Counted from the first letter of the stretch, positions 37,840 to 47,846 are shown. The stretch: DNA of 54,470 nt from a virus (IMGVR_UViG_3300030107_005947:1-54470), one strand, 5' to 3'. Numbers and translations: made by a program. The notes: generated by a model not told the origin, from the letters alone.

Positions 37840-40800
37840 CTAACTTGAAACATCAGTTGAAATATATGCCCCATTTACTAATAATTTAGTCGCTGCTGTG
37901 GCAACTCCTGCATAAATAGGTCTAGCAATACCTGAGTTTGTAGTGTGTAAATTCCCACCACCATCTGCGTAGTATCTTGTTCCTACAGTTAGCCCTGTCT
38001 GGTTTTCGTTTACCCCTCCAGCAACTGTTATTGTTGCAGTAGCCCCATCAGAAACTGCTGAGGTATTATATCCAATAAAACCATTACTTGAATCGTCTAA
38101 ATCTCCAGCAGTATATGGTTCTGTAAAAACAATGGTTGTAAATCTGTTAGAATTTTCTCCATCTCTATAAACAAAAATTATTTTATTATGTTCTTCTGAC
38201 CAACAAGCTGCAAGTTGCCCATACTGTTCAGGATATGGGTCTGTTGAAGTCCAAGTTGCAACTGTTCCCGCAGCACTAGGGTTGCCACTAGGAATGGTAA
38301 AGGTAAATATACCACCACTATCAGGTTTATACGCAATACACATCATTTTATTTTCTTCGGTGTCATAAGCCAATGACGCATAATTATAAGCTAAGTTAGT
38401 ATCTCTTTCAGTCCCTAAATCTAAGGTGTTCCCTGAAGCTGCGTGGTCTAGTGTGTTAAGAAAAATCTCGTTACCAACATTGTAAGCCACAACCATATAG
38501 TTTCCAGATGTGTCTGGGTCATATTCTAAATCCATTATTCCATTTATACTCGCTTTAATTTCTACAGCCCCTCCAGTTGTACAAGCACCTGTCCCAGATG
38601 GCATGGCAAATGTTGCCCCCCATGCTGTTTCGACACTGCCTCCATCTTTTTGCTGTCTCCATGTCACAACATTTTGTTGGCTACTAGGATTGTATGCGGC
38701 AACAATATAATAAGCATTAGAATCATCTTTAACACCTGTGCTACTACCACCAGTATTGGAATTTTGCATAAACAAAACAGTTCCAGTAAATCCATTATCT
38801 GGATCAAATGAACGAACTTTCATTCTTCTATAACTGGTATTACCAGCACCACCAAGGTTTACATCATTGTAGGCAACAAACACTTTATTTCTATTATCGT
38901 CCCAACAAGCAGAATAACCATTATAATTATTTTCACCAGTATCACCTGTTGTTCGTTCTGTACCTACAGAAAAGGTATTGTCACTATTATCCACAGTAAC
39001 AATTACACCTTTTGGCACACTTGAAACAGTATATCCACAAAAAACTTTTGTGAAATCGTCAGATGCTTGGCACACTGGCCCAAGGTCACTAGCTGCTTCC
39101 TTTACAGCCGCTGGTGTTCCCCAAGTAACGGAATTGTTACTTTGGACAGTTCCAACGCAACCCCAGATATATCCGTTACTGCTTTGTTTCCAATAAGCAA
39201 AAACTCTTGAATTTCCAGAACCAGATATATTAAGGTCTATTACATACCCACCATTCGAAGCTATACCTTGTGCATTTTCGCTATCCATTACTTGTGGCAG
39301 ACCTATACCAGATGTTGCCTGTTTGGCTTTTCCGTCTGTGTGTACATAGACTGGCGCTCCTGCGGCAATGGCTCCATCAGCTACCAAAGTAGTTGTACCA
39401 CCTCCACCACCAGCATCTTCCCAAGCTGGAGCAGCACCAGCTCCACCAGAAGTTAAGACTTGACCATCAGTACCATAGTTAGCACCACCAATACCAATCT
39501 CACCTTGTGAAGTAAATCTGAATTTTTCTGTAGCAGCTTCGGAATGTCCTGTATAAAATACTAAGTCTGTAGCATTTACTGAAGAACTAAAAGTACCTTG
39601 AGCAATTGCTTGAATGGAAGCAGCAACTGTAATAGCGTCTGTTCCACCACCTTCATGTGGTGCTTGAAAGTCTATCTTACCAATTACATCGTTTGCATTA
39701 ATGTCTGTTAAACTTGTGGCAAGAAGTAATTTACCTGTACTTGTGGTTGCATCTGCTGATGCTCCCATAACTACAAGCTGATCTTCGGATTGATCGTATA
39801 ACATATATGCACCAGCTGATGCTCCAAAGAATTTAACATCATGCCCAGTATCATCTACGCCTATAACAAAATCACCACCTGTAAGCGTTAGCGTATTAGA
39901 AGCATGAGTAAGCAAAACATCGCCATTGTTAAAATTAACAACAGCCCCTGAAGCTACAAATAAGTCTGACCACATTAATGAGCCTGTACCTAATGCAACA
40001 CCATCACTTGTTACTGGTGATAGGGCATTTTCTACCAACTCTACTTCATCAACATTGTTAACTCTAAGGATAATTTTATTATCAGTAGTTGCGAAATCTA
40101 TTAGATTTTCTGAATCTCTACCCATTTTAAGAGATGTGTTATATATTGATGTTAGTGCTGTGTTAGCACCTGACGCTGATTCAATGTCAGTACCATTTAA
40201 AGCAACAGTCATACCTGATGCCATATCAATACCACCATCGTCAATATCTAGTATTTCAGCACCATCAATATATATTGCGATCTTACCATGATTTGCAGTA
40301 CCAGAAGCTGTAGCAGTTGTTATTCGTATTTCTTCAGCAGTTTTATTAGCCCCACCATTTAATACTTCTATGCTTAAAGATTCTGTGGCTGAAGTACCCA
40401 TTTTCAATGACACATCAGCATTATTGGCATCCTCGTAGATAGTTAAATCCCCACCAGTTAAAGCTGTTATTGCCTGGGAAGCATCTACTCCTATAACTGA
40501 ACTAGATGCAGTAAGACCAGTCCCTGCAAATAGCGTAGCCAAAGAGGCAACTGTTGTTAATTGTTCAGTGGAACCATCAGAATCTATTGTGGCTAATTTA
40601 TCTCCATTAGCTGGTGTAACATCGCTTAACTCACTTAAATCTAAGGTAAGGGTTACTCCACCAGTAGTGCCACCTCCTGACAAACCAACCCCGGCAGTTA
40701 CTCCAGTTATGTCGCCAGTAGTCGGTGTTGCCCATGAAGGTACACCAGAAGCTAAAGTAAGAACTTGATCATCAGAACCTCTAGCCAGTCGTACATAAGC

Positions 40801-41556
40801 CGAGCCATTAGAATATAAAATATCGCCTTCTGCGTCAGAACCTCTAGCAAATCCTGATGAAAATGTTTTAACCCCACTAAAGGTTTGCGTACCAGTTAAA
40901 TGTGCTGTATCTGAATCAAGATATGCTGAAGCAATTGCAGTACCTTGCCATGTTCCTGTGGATATAGTGCCAACACCAGTAATATTCGTTTGTGATGCAA
41001 CCTGAATTACACCAGAACTATTAACAAAGGAAGTGGAACCAGTAGTAAGTCCTCCAGCAATTATTACATTTCCAGAAGTATCTATGGAAAGTTTTGTAGC
41101 ACCACCTACAGTTCCCCCTGTATCGATTTTAAAAATATCTGAATCTGAATCGTCTACTCCAATAGTAAACTCATCAGTACCACCTATTTGGAAACTTAGA
41201 TGTGGGTCACCAGAACTAATATCGATATCAATTTCACCCCCATCGTTGGTGAGTATAGTTCCATCAAATAATAAGTTGGCTTCACCAGCTATTGCATTGG
41301 CACCAGTTACAGTTACCAAGGTATTATCAGTGGATCCAGTTAATGCTGTGAGTCCAGCAATAAGATTGGATTTGGTCATATATTTTATTTCATCAGGATC
41401 TTCACTAACATCTAATAACAACACTAAGTCATCATCTGCTATGGAAGTTAGTACTTCCTGATCTGTAAATATATCCCTATCAATTTGAGTGGCTTTTACG
41501 TTCGTATCAAAAAGATTAGCTTTTCCTAATCCTCCCGATCTATAGCGGCTAGGCAT
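37840..41556 (-). CDS. tail fibre / long virion protein
   Basis: 1238 aa, Gly/Thr/Ser-rich mosaic of fibre-like segments (GTWQGTAI, GQVLTS..APAW) and propeller-like C-terminal domain. Confidence 0.75.
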   Translation of the reverse strand: MPSRYRSGGLGKANLFDTNVKATQIDRDIFTDQEVLTSIADDDLVLLLDVSEDPDEIKYMTKSNLIAGLTALTGSTDNTLVTVTGANAIAGEANLLFDGTILTNDGGEIDIDISSGDPHLSFQIGGTDEFTIGVDDSDSDIFKIDTGGTVGGATKLSIDTSGNVIIAGGLTTGSTSFVNSSGVIQVASQTNITGVGTISTGTWQGTAIASAYLDSDTAHLTGTQTFSGVKTFSSGFARGSDAEGDILYSNGSAYVRLARGSDDQVLTLASGVPSWATPTTGDITGVTAGVGLSGGGTTGGVTLTLDLSELSDVTPANGDKLATIDSDGSTEQLTTVASLATLFAGTGLTASSSVIGVDASQAITALTGGDLTIYEDANNADVSLKMGTSATESLSIEVLNGGANKTAEEIRITTATASGTANHGKIAIYIDGAEILDIDDGGIDMASGMTVALNGTDIESASGANTALTSIYNTSLKMGRDSENLIDFATTDNKIILRVNNVDEVELVENALSPVTSDGVALGTGSLMWSDLFVASGAVVNFNNGDVLLTHASNTLTLTGGDFVIGVDDTGHDVKFFGASAGAYMLYDQSEDQLVVMGASADATTSTGKLLLATSLTDINANDVIGKIDFQAPHEGGGTDAITVAASIQAIAQGTFSSSVNATDLVFYTGHSEAATEKFRFTSQGEIGIGGANYGTDGQVLTSGGAGAAPAWEDAGGGGGTTTLVADGAIAAGAPVYVHTDGKAKQATSGIGLPQVMDSENAQGIASNGGYVIDLNISGSGNSRVFAYWKQSSNGYIWGCVGTVQSNNSVTWGTPAAVKEAASDLGPVCQASDDFTKVFCGYTVSSVPKGVIVTVDNSDNTFSVGTERTTGDTGENNYNGYSACWDDNRNKVFVAYNDVNLGGAGNTSYRRMKVRSFDPDNGFTGTVLFMQNSNTGGSSTGVKDDSNAYYIVAAYNPSSQQNVVTWRQQKDGGSVETAWGATFAMPSGTGACTTGGAVEIKASINGIMDLEYDPDTSGNYMVVAYNVGNEIFLNTLDHAASGNTLDLGTERDTNLAYNYASLAYDTEENKMMCIAYKPDSGGIFTFTIPSGNPSAAGTVATWTSTDPYPEQYGQLAACWSEEHNKIIFVYRDGENSNRFTTIVFTEPYTAGDLDDSSNGFIGYNTSAVSDGATATITVAGGVNENQTGLTVGTRYYADGGGNLHTTNSGIARPIYAGVATAATKLLVNGAYISTDVSS

Positions 41557-41559
41557 TTT

Positions 41560-41883
41560 TTACCTCCCCCATATAATTCCACGAATTCTAGCGTTCGTTG
41601 AACTAGATCGTATTATAGATATTTTAGTCCCAATATAAATTCCTTCGTCAGAATATCCTTCACCAGCAGGTATTAGCATATTACTAGAAGTAGCCGTTTC
41701 ATCAAAAGCGATATAGGCATCACCAAGTTCTACTACAAAAGAAACTTTGTTTGCTTCTTCCATAGTTCCTGCTAAAGTAACAGCATCTTCGGCTGAACCA
41801 CTTGAGGTAGTCATAGTAAAAGTTTTTACTTTGCCGTAATTCTGTTTTAATTCTATATCTTGCCTAAATGGTCTAGTTGTCAT
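41560..41883 (-). CDS. small virion beta protein related to C-terminus of 1211..2140
   Basis: YIAFD..A..IPAG..KISII..RGIIWG vs YVGFD..A..IVGG..KITLI..SGVIWG. Confidence 0.55.
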   Translation of the reverse strand: MTTRPFRQDIELKQNYGKVKTFTMTTSSGSAEDAVTLAGTMEEANKVSFVVELGDAYIAFDETATSSNMLIPAGEGYSDEGIYIGTKISIIRSSSTNARIRGIIWGR

Positions 41884-42880
41884 CGGTTTTCTCCTGTTTA
41901 AACTTAATCAATGGTTGAGATGCGTTACCAACGCTTCGTCTAAATACAGTTTCCGTTGGCATATTTAATTTTTCTTTCCTTGATATTGTTGCCATAGACA
42001 TATATCTCGGTTTATTCAATTCTTCTCGATATTGTTTATTCAATGCTCGTATATAAGAATTTTCTTCCATAATTTGCTCTATAGTAGTAGCCATATCTTT
42101 TACGGTTTTTTCAAAAGTTTCAAGTTTTTTATTCAAAGTTGTGTTTTTTCCTTTTGTTTTTGCTGTATTAGATTCTAAGTCATTAACCCAAACCCGCAAT
42201 TTAGACTCTACCATCTTGGATTCATCAAGGGCAATTAATCTTTCCTGTGCTTCTTTTCTATGAAGATTAACTTCATCTCGTAAAGTTTTATTATCTTCTT
42301 TTACCCTTTTATTAATTATACTAAGCTCGTTAGCAGTATTTTTTAATTGTAAATTTTCAGACTGTGCCATATTTCTTTCTTCTTCTGCTGAAAATTTATC
42401 AGCCTCTGCTTGTAGCGAATTAATCCTATATTGTTCGTTTTCTTTAACAAGGGCATCTTTTTGTTTTGTTATTAATTCCAAATCGTTTGATACTTTTGCG
42501 TTTTGAGAAATAATTCTAGTGTGATCATTATTAAGGCTAGAAAATTTAGAAGCAATTTCTTTTAATTCTTCTTCAGCACGGACTTTTTCTTTCATTTTTT
42601 CTTTATAAAATGAAACATCTTTTAATAAAAACAAATTTTCTTCTTTTGTTTTTTCATAAAGAATTCTGGTCTCGGTAGCTTTTGCTTTTTCAGAAGATAG
42701 GCTTGAAATTGCATCATCTCGCTGTTTTTGGAGATTAGAATATTTTTGTATTTCAGAATTTAATTTTTCAATTTCTTGAAGCAAGGAATTTTCGTATTTT
42801 GTGTTTCCAAGAATATATTTTGTAGTTGTGGGAGAATTAAATTTTCTGTTCGATTTTAAAGTAAAGTCTTTTAGTTTCAT
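41873..42880 (-). CDS. long coiled-coil protein
   Basis: K/E/N-rich heptad repeats over most of the length. Confidence 0.7.
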   Translation of the reverse strand: MKLKDFTLKSNRKFNSPTTTKYILGNTKYENSLLQEIEKLNSEIQKYSNLQKQRDDAISSLSSEKAKATETRILYEKTKEENLFLLKDVSFYKEKMKEKVRAEEELKEIASKFSSLNNDHTRIISQNAKVSNDLELITKQKDALVKENEQYRINSLQAEADKFSAEEERNMAQSENLQLKNTANELSIINKRVKEDNKTLRDEVNLHRKEAQERLIALDESKMVESKLRVWVNDLESNTAKTKGKNTTLNKKLETFEKTVKDMATTIEQIMEENSYIRALNKQYREELNKPRYMSMATISRKEKLNMPTETVFRRSVGNASQPLIKFKQEKTDDN

Positions 42881-43363
42881 TTACTCTATTTCTTGGGCAC
42901 TAGTCGCAATAAATGGATTTGCTTGAAATTCTAAGGAATAACAAAGATTTCTAACCCATTTTTCTGGTTCTTCTTCTCGGGATATCATAGTTATTTGCCC
43001 TGTTTTTTCATCTCGTATAGAAGCATCACCCAAAATAGCGCCTTCAACTTGTGCTTCATAATTTTGTGCATATGTTTTAAGATGTATTTCTTTTAAAGCA
43101 TATCTATAAATTAAATCAGCAACGTGTAATCTGTTTTGATCGCTATCAATGGTAATAAATAAAGGAACAAGTAAATCCGTATTTTTTGTCGCTTCCTCTA
43201 AGTCGCTTTTTATTTCTTCAGTGTCTTCTACTACTACTCCTATTACAGAAGTTGTTTCCTGTTGATCCTCGTGCGTTATATCAGCAACGGAAATTGAATC
43301 TTCTACTTTGTCTGGCGTTATGGAAGTGTTTTTGCCTTTTGTTGTTTTTCTTCTTTGTGTCAT
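42881..43363 (-). CDS. hypothetical protein
   Basis: tiled ORF; ATGA overlap. Confidence 0.6.
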   Translation of the reverse strand: MTQRRKTTKGKNTSITPDKVEDSISVADITHEDQQETTSVIGVVVEDTEEIKSDLEEATKNTDLLVPLFITIDSDQNRLHVADLIYRYALKEIHLKTYAQNYEAQVEGAILGDASIRDEKTGQITMISREEEPEKWVRNLCYSLEFQANPFIATSAQEIE

Positions 43364-43551
43364 TTCTTATCCTTTCTATTAAATACATATTTTTTAAATT
43401 TTTTCAAAGCGAGGGATTTTTGTTTTTCCCTAACCTCTTTTACTTGTCTTTTCAAATCTTTTTTTTCTTTATCGGATAAATCTTGTATGTTAATTTGTCT
43501 ACCGACAACCCATTGTGTTAATTTATCTAAAACTTCTTTATAAACATTCAT
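43360..43551 (-). CDS. hypothetical basic protein, probably leaderless
   Basis: ATG 6 nt after the TATAAT of the late-type motif. Confidence 0.55.
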   Translation of the reverse strand: MNVYKEVLDKLTQWVVGRQINIQDLSDKEKKDLKRQVKEVREKQKSLALKKFKKYVFNRKDKK

Positions 43552-43556
43552 TTAAT

Positions 43557-43566
43557 TATTATACTA
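43557..43566 (-). promoter_or_regulatory. late-type promoter TAGTATAATA
   Basis: exact motif; TAG is the stop of 43564..43665. Confidence 0.65.
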
Positions 43567-43665
43567 TTTCAAGTTTTTTTTCGTACAAACATAACAAACT
43601 CGAACCTTTTTTTTAGCGTGTAGCTTTACCCCACATTTACATCTAATCCATGTTCTTTTAGCCAT
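43564..43665 (-). CDS. 33-aa basic zinc-ribbon mini-protein (not in ORF track)
   Basis: MAKRTWIRCKCGVKLHAKKKVRVCYVCTKKNLK; TAATG coupling to nuclease stop; fills the gap exactly. Confidence 0.6.
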   Translation of the reverse strand: MAKRTWIRCKCGVKLHAKKKVRVCYVCTKKNLK

Positions 43666-44078
43666 TATGTTAATATACCTTTTTCAATTAATTTTTGTTT
43701 ATTTGCCTCGTGTAAAGCATCTAATTCATCTTTATTTCCACCAGTATAAGGAACTGCGTAGCCATCTTCAATCATTTTTTGATTTATACTTATATCGGAA
43801 TCAATTTCGTATATATCTCCTAATATCCTTCCGAATTTTCCTCGATCATAACTCCGTAATCTAATAAAACTATCAACTGGACATCTGTCCTGAACATATT
43901 TTTTAGAAAGTAGCCCACGAACTTTTTCCTCTTTATTCCGAGTTCTGGATTCAGGTGTATCGATTCCATATAAACGAACCCTTTGGTTGTACAAAACAAC
44001 ATCGAAACCTAAAAAGATATTAACATCTATGGTATCTCCGTCTACTATTTTTGTTACTTGCGATTTATATTCATACAT
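43665..44078 (-). CDS. thermonuclease (SNase-like) family nuclease
   Basis: IVDGDTID, RVRLYGIDTPE, GKFGRILG, INQKMIEDGYA. Confidence 0.9.
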   Translation of the reverse strand: MYEYKSQVTKIVDGDTIDVNIFLGFDVVLYNQRVRLYGIDTPESRTRNKEEKVRGLLSKKYVQDRCPVDSFIRLRSYDRGKFGRILGDIYEIDSDISINQKMIEDGYAVPYTGGNKDELDALHEANKQKLIEKGILT

Positions 44079-44405
44079 TTACCACTTCACCTTATCTGCC
44101 CAATAGGCTGCCGACATTTTTCCACGTTTAATGTTTTTGGCGTGTCGAGCCTTAAACGCTTTTCGTCTTGCCTTTTCTGCTTTAGAATCCCACTTAGATG
44201 GATCACCTTCACCTTTCACGCCTTGAGAACCAAATCTAATTAATTTAACTTTATCTCCTACTTTAGCCAATACGGCATGACTTTTTGTAGGGTGGTTAGG
44301 AGTTCTTTTAGGTTTGTTGTATCCTCTAAAAGTTTCTCCTGATTGAGTAATTTTCTTTTTTAAAATTCTTTTAAATAATCCTATTGAGTAATCAATACTT
44401 TCCAT
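44079..44405 (-). CDS. conserved basic phage protein
   Basis: KVKLIRFG..RRKAFKARH..SAAYWA..KW pattern recalled from aquatic phages. Confidence 0.7.
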   Translation of the reverse strand: MESIDYSIGLFKRILKKKITQSGETFRGYNKPKRTPNHPTKSHAVLAKVGDKVKLIRFGSQGVKGEGDPSKWDSKAEKARRKAFKARHAKNIKRGKMSAAYWADKVKW

Positions 44406-44408
44406 ATT

Positions 44409-45800
44409 TTATCCTATAGTTGCTGGTTCTGATATACTAACCTCAACATTATCATTAATTGTCATATTAGCCGCTGTAACTGTAGTGGCTATGGTAAAAT
44501 CTTTTGTAGCAAACCCATCGCCATTACCGATTTCATTAAGTTTAATTCTTGCTGTACCTACGTCCATTTTACTAAGAACGCAATTACCACCTTTGGTATA
44601 TAAGTTTGAAAGTTTTAATGTCCCAATTTTTCCATTTACACCACTAGAAGGTGCTTGAATCCATATTCGGTCATAAGTACCACCAGATGTGGTCATCTCG
44701 TCTGCTTGGTGATGCCCACCCCCTATAGCTCTCATTCTAGCAGTCCCAGGAGATGGTGCTATTGATTGACCATCAGAAGCATTACCAATAACATTAAGGG
44801 TATGTATATTCATTTCGGAAAGTGTTAGGGTTTTGCATCTATTTTTTTCAAATATTAATTCACCAACCTCTAATCTTGTTGGGTTAAAGTTTTCTGCGTT
44901 TGGGTTCCCTGATATCTGAACAACGTTAGCTTCCCCTTGTGGTAAGGTTGAGTTTGCAAAAACAGTACCTACTGAAACATTTTCAATTGTTATGTTTCTT
45001 ACTGGTGTTACTCCTAAATCAATTCGAAGCGTGTTTTCTTTTTCCGAATAACTAGTTGGTACATCTAAAGGTAAATCTTCTCCAATTAATGAAGCGGCAT
45101 AAACACCAGAATCACCTCCAGAAAAAGACCTTTCAGCTAAGATAGTTTCATTGACCACAACACCAGTGGTTGCAGTCGAGCCTACTGTCAATAATGCGAC
45201 TGCCATTTGTGGACTAAAGCCTAATGTTCTTAGCAAACTATATGGAGATTTCATCACCATAAATGCTTTGTGCCACTTAGCAGATTCGGCATTTAAATAT
45301 TCTATTTTAGCTAATAACCAATCTCTAAATTTCTTCAGTTTTCGATAAAATGACATCGGAAAATTTAGTATTGCTCTTGGCATTGCTTTTATGTTTTTTG
45401 CCCAAGTTTTAAAATTGGTAATGTGCATTAATAAACCAACTACTATTAAAGCAACTGATGTTCCAACAACTGTTTGTAAGTTATTGTATATCAGAACAAC
45501 TTGCTGGTTAACTAACTCACTGGTTGTATAGTACTGATTTATAAATGGTAAAGGATTAATATAGGAAACTAATAAACCAATGGAACCAGAAACAATCAAT
45601 GCGGTAGAAACTAAATCTCTAAGTACAAGACCTATTTTTCTAAAAGGTATGTTTGTTTGTGGTATTGTTATTTTTAAACGAGGTTTTTTTATAGTGATTT
45701 TTGGTATCGAGAATGACGGAATAGAAAACTTCCGTCTAGTGAAGATTTTATTTAAAATCCTTTTAAACACGTTTGGCTTCTTTCCGTTATTTTCAAACAC
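44409..45800 (-). CDS. membrane protein with large beta-rich C-terminal domain
   Basis: basic N-terminus, about three hydrophobic segments, Gly/Thr/Asn-rich C-terminal half; AAGGAG RBS, GTG start. Confidence 0.65.
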   Translation of the reverse strand: MFENNGKKPNVFKRILNKIFTRRKFSIPSFSIPKITIKKPRLKITIPQTNIPFRKIGLVLRDLVSTALIVSGSIGLLVSYINPLPFINQYYTTSELVNQQVVLIYNNLQTVVGTSVALIVVGLLMHITNFKTWAKNIKAMPRAILNFPMSFYRKLKKFRDWLLAKIEYLNAESAKWHKAFMVMKSPYSLLRTLGFSPQMAVALLTVGSTATTGVVVNETILAERSFSGGDSGVYAASLIGEDLPLDVPTSYSEKENTLRIDLGVTPVRNITIENVSVGTVFANSTLPQGEANVVQISGNPNAENFNPTRLEVGELIFEKNRCKTLTLSEMNIHTLNVIGNASDGQSIAPSPGTARMRAIGGGHHQADEMTTSGGTYDRIWIQAPSSGVNGKIGTLKLSNLYTKGGNCVLSKMDVGTARIKLNEIGNGDGFATKDFTIATTVTAANMTINDNVEVSISEPATIG

Positions 45801-45844
45801 TTCTTCGCTCCTTTGAAAAAAATAATTTGCTTTTTTAAAAATCC

Positions 45845-45950
45845 TATTATAATATCTTAAAATTATAATTAGATTAACTATAATATTATTATACTTATAA
45901 TATTAGAAATAATTATATTAATATAATATATATAATATATATATATATAA
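45845..45950. repeat. extremely AT-rich divergent intergenic region with five TATAATAT copies
   Basis: copies at 45848, 45879, 45896, 45922, 45931; 45907-45950 contains only A/T; includes AAGTATAATA on minus strand (45887-45896). Confidence 0.7.
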
Positions 45951-45960
45951 GGGAGGAAAA

Positions 45961-46146
45961 ATGATCCAGTCCATAGAAGAAGACCAAGTAATAGAACTTT
46001 TCAAAAAATATTACGCAAAAGTTCCAGATCTTATTTCGGAATTAGGAATGGACGTGTATGGTACAGACGCTAGAGCTGATTTGGCAAAAACATTTTTACT
46101 GGCACACTGCATAAACGAAAACACGAAAGCTGTTCGTGATTACTAA
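45961..46146 (+). CDS. hypothetical protein
   Basis: GGAGG RBS; TAATG coupling to nadA. Confidence 0.65.
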   Translation: MIQSIEEDQVIELFKKYYAKVPDLISELGMDVYGTDARADLAKTFLLAHCINENTKAVRDY

Positions 46147-47330
46147 TGGTAAATAAATTACCAACAACGGAATTAGAACAATCTGCTTTTTGTCAAGAAG
46201 ATGCTTTAATTACCAAACCTCTAATTGAAGAATTAAAAATACCTGTTAACTGGCAAGAAGTACCTCAAGAATATCTTCACTTAGCTCCTGAAATTATTTC
46301 GGACAGAATTTTTACTGCAAAAAGAAAACTATCTACAGCAGTAACTATTTTAGGACACCATTACCAAAGAGAAGAAGTAATTCAGTTCGCTGATACTATT
46401 GGAGATTCTTATTTATTATCCGTACAAGCATCTAAACAACAAGCAAAATATATCATTTTTTGTGGTGTACAGTTTATGGCTGAAACTGCTGATATAGTTT
46501 GTCAAGATTGGCAAAAAGTTATACTACCAAATTTAGCAGCTGGGTGTTCTATGGCTGACATGGCTCCAACCGAGCAAGTTCAAGATGCTTGGTTAGAAAT
46601 TTTGACTAATGTTGGATCGTGGTTTGATGTTATACCTGTAGCATATATGAACTCCACTGCTGAGATTAAATCACTATGTGGTAGAAATAAAGGAATTATA
46701 TGTACCAGTTCAAATGTAACCAAGGCGTTTAAATGGGCTTTAGATAGAGGAAACAAAATATTTTTTCTACCCGATCAACACCTTGGAAAAAACACAGCTA
46801 AAAAATGGGATATTCCAGATAACGAAATAATTATTTGGGATCCATATAAACCTTTAGGTGGTAACACCTTAGAGGATTTAACAAGAGCAACAGTAATATT
46901 ATGGAAAGCCCATTGTTCGGTACATACCAGATTCACAACAAAACAAATAGAGTCAGCCAGACAAAAATTCCCTAAGGTTAAAGTTATTGTTCACCCAGAA
47001 TGTACTTCTGAAGTTGTCGATATGGCTGATATGAATGGTAGTACAGAAATGATTATAAATAGAGTTAACAATAGTAAATCAGGTAGTATTTTTGCAATTG
47101 GTACAGAAATAAATCTTGTTAATAGGTTAGCTAAGAATAATCCAGATAAAACAATATTTTGCTTGGACTCTATTGTGTGTCCTTGTTCTACGATGTATAG
47201 GATACACCCTGCTTATTTATTGTGGGTATTAGAATCGATTATTTATAAAGATCCTGTTAATGTTATTGAAGTTTCAGAAGAAACTAAATTTTACGCAAAA
47301 CGGGCAATTAATAGAATGATGGTGTTATAA
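46146..47330 (+). CDS. nadA: quinolinate synthase A
   Basis: ILGHHYQ, GDS, FCGVQFMAE, AGCSMADMA, YMNS, CTSSN, FLPDQHLGKN, HCSVH, VHPEC, GST, GTE, CSTM; three Fe-S cysteines present. Confidence 0.95.
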   Translation: MVNKLPTTELEQSAFCQEDALITKPLIEELKIPVNWQEVPQEYLHLAPEIISDRIFTAKRKLSTAVTILGHHYQREEVIQFADTIGDSYLLSVQASKQQAKYIIFCGVQFMAETADIVCQDWQKVILPNLAAGCSMADMAPTEQVQDAWLEILTNVGSWFDVIPVAYMNSTAEIKSLCGRNKGIICTSSNVTKAFKWALDRGNKIFFLPDQHLGKNTAKKWDIPDNEIIIWDPYKPLGGNTLEDLTRATVILWKAHCSVHTRFTTKQIESARQKFPKVKVIVHPECTSEVVDMADMNGSTEMIINRVNNSKSGSIFAIGTEINLVNRLAKNNPDKTIFCLDSIVCPCSTMYRIHPAYLLWVLESIIYKDPVNVIEVSEETKFYAKRAINRMMVL

Positions 47331-47630
47331 ATGGAAAATGATAACAAAGAAAATTCACAAACAGACGAATACTTTTTATTTAGATTAAAAAATCTAGATA
47401 AATACTTTAAAATATATAAAGATACCTACGCCAAATCGTTTGATTTTTTAACAAACTCGGAAAAAGAAATGTATCTATCCATGTTAGAATCAACGTTAAT
47501 ATTACGGGCAACACATATGAACATGATTGCTGCTTGGGAAAAATACCGAGAAAAAACATTTCCGAAAAAGACTGATGTTCCTAAAGCGTTTGAAGATGCT
47601 TTTGATGATGAAAGTAAGCCAAAACCTTAA
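47331..47630 (+). CDS. hypothetical protein
   Basis: abuts nadA stop. Confidence 0.6.
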   Translation: MENDNKENSQTDEYFLFRLKNLDKYFKIYKDTYAKSFDFLTNSEKEMYLSMLESTLILRATHMNMIAAWEKYREKTFPKKTDVPKAFEDAFDDESKPKP

Positions 47631-47636
47631 ACAAGG

Positions 47637-47665
47637 TTGACAAACAAAATTCCTTAATATACTAT
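47637..47665 (+). promoter_or_regulatory. sigma70-type promoter
   Basis: aaggTTGACA-N17-TACTAT. Confidence 0.75.
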
Positions 47666-47699
47666 GGCTTTCATAATATTTAATTATAGGAGTGTAAAT

Positions 47700-47846
47700 A
47701 TGGTAGAAATAGATAATGAAGAAAGACTTAGTTTTTGTTGTGAAGCTCCTCCATTAGGTGGAATAGAGGAATACGGATTTTGTGGACATTGTGAAGAACA
47801 CACAGAGTTCCTTACCGAACAAGAATTTGAAGAACGTATGAAATAA
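47700..47846 (+). CDS. small zinc-binding protein
   Basis: AGGAG RBS before MVEID; SFCCEAP..CGHCEEH. Confidence 0.7.
   Translation: MVEIDNEERLSFCCEAPPLGGIEEYGFCGHCEEHTEFLTEQEFEERMK

Noticed and set aside
40770-40850. Direct repeat CAGAACCTCTAGC as a possible diversity-generating or inversion site
   Set aside because: Encodes a repeated ARGSD peptide in the fibre; no reverse transcriptase or invertase in the window
38510-41461. Plus-strand ORFs inside the tail fibre gene, and similar shadow ORFs elsewhere (e.g. 8868..9302, 12951..13235, 24692..24985, 49195..49602)
   Set aside because: Antisense or out-of-frame shadows of well-supported genes, with no RBS or motifs
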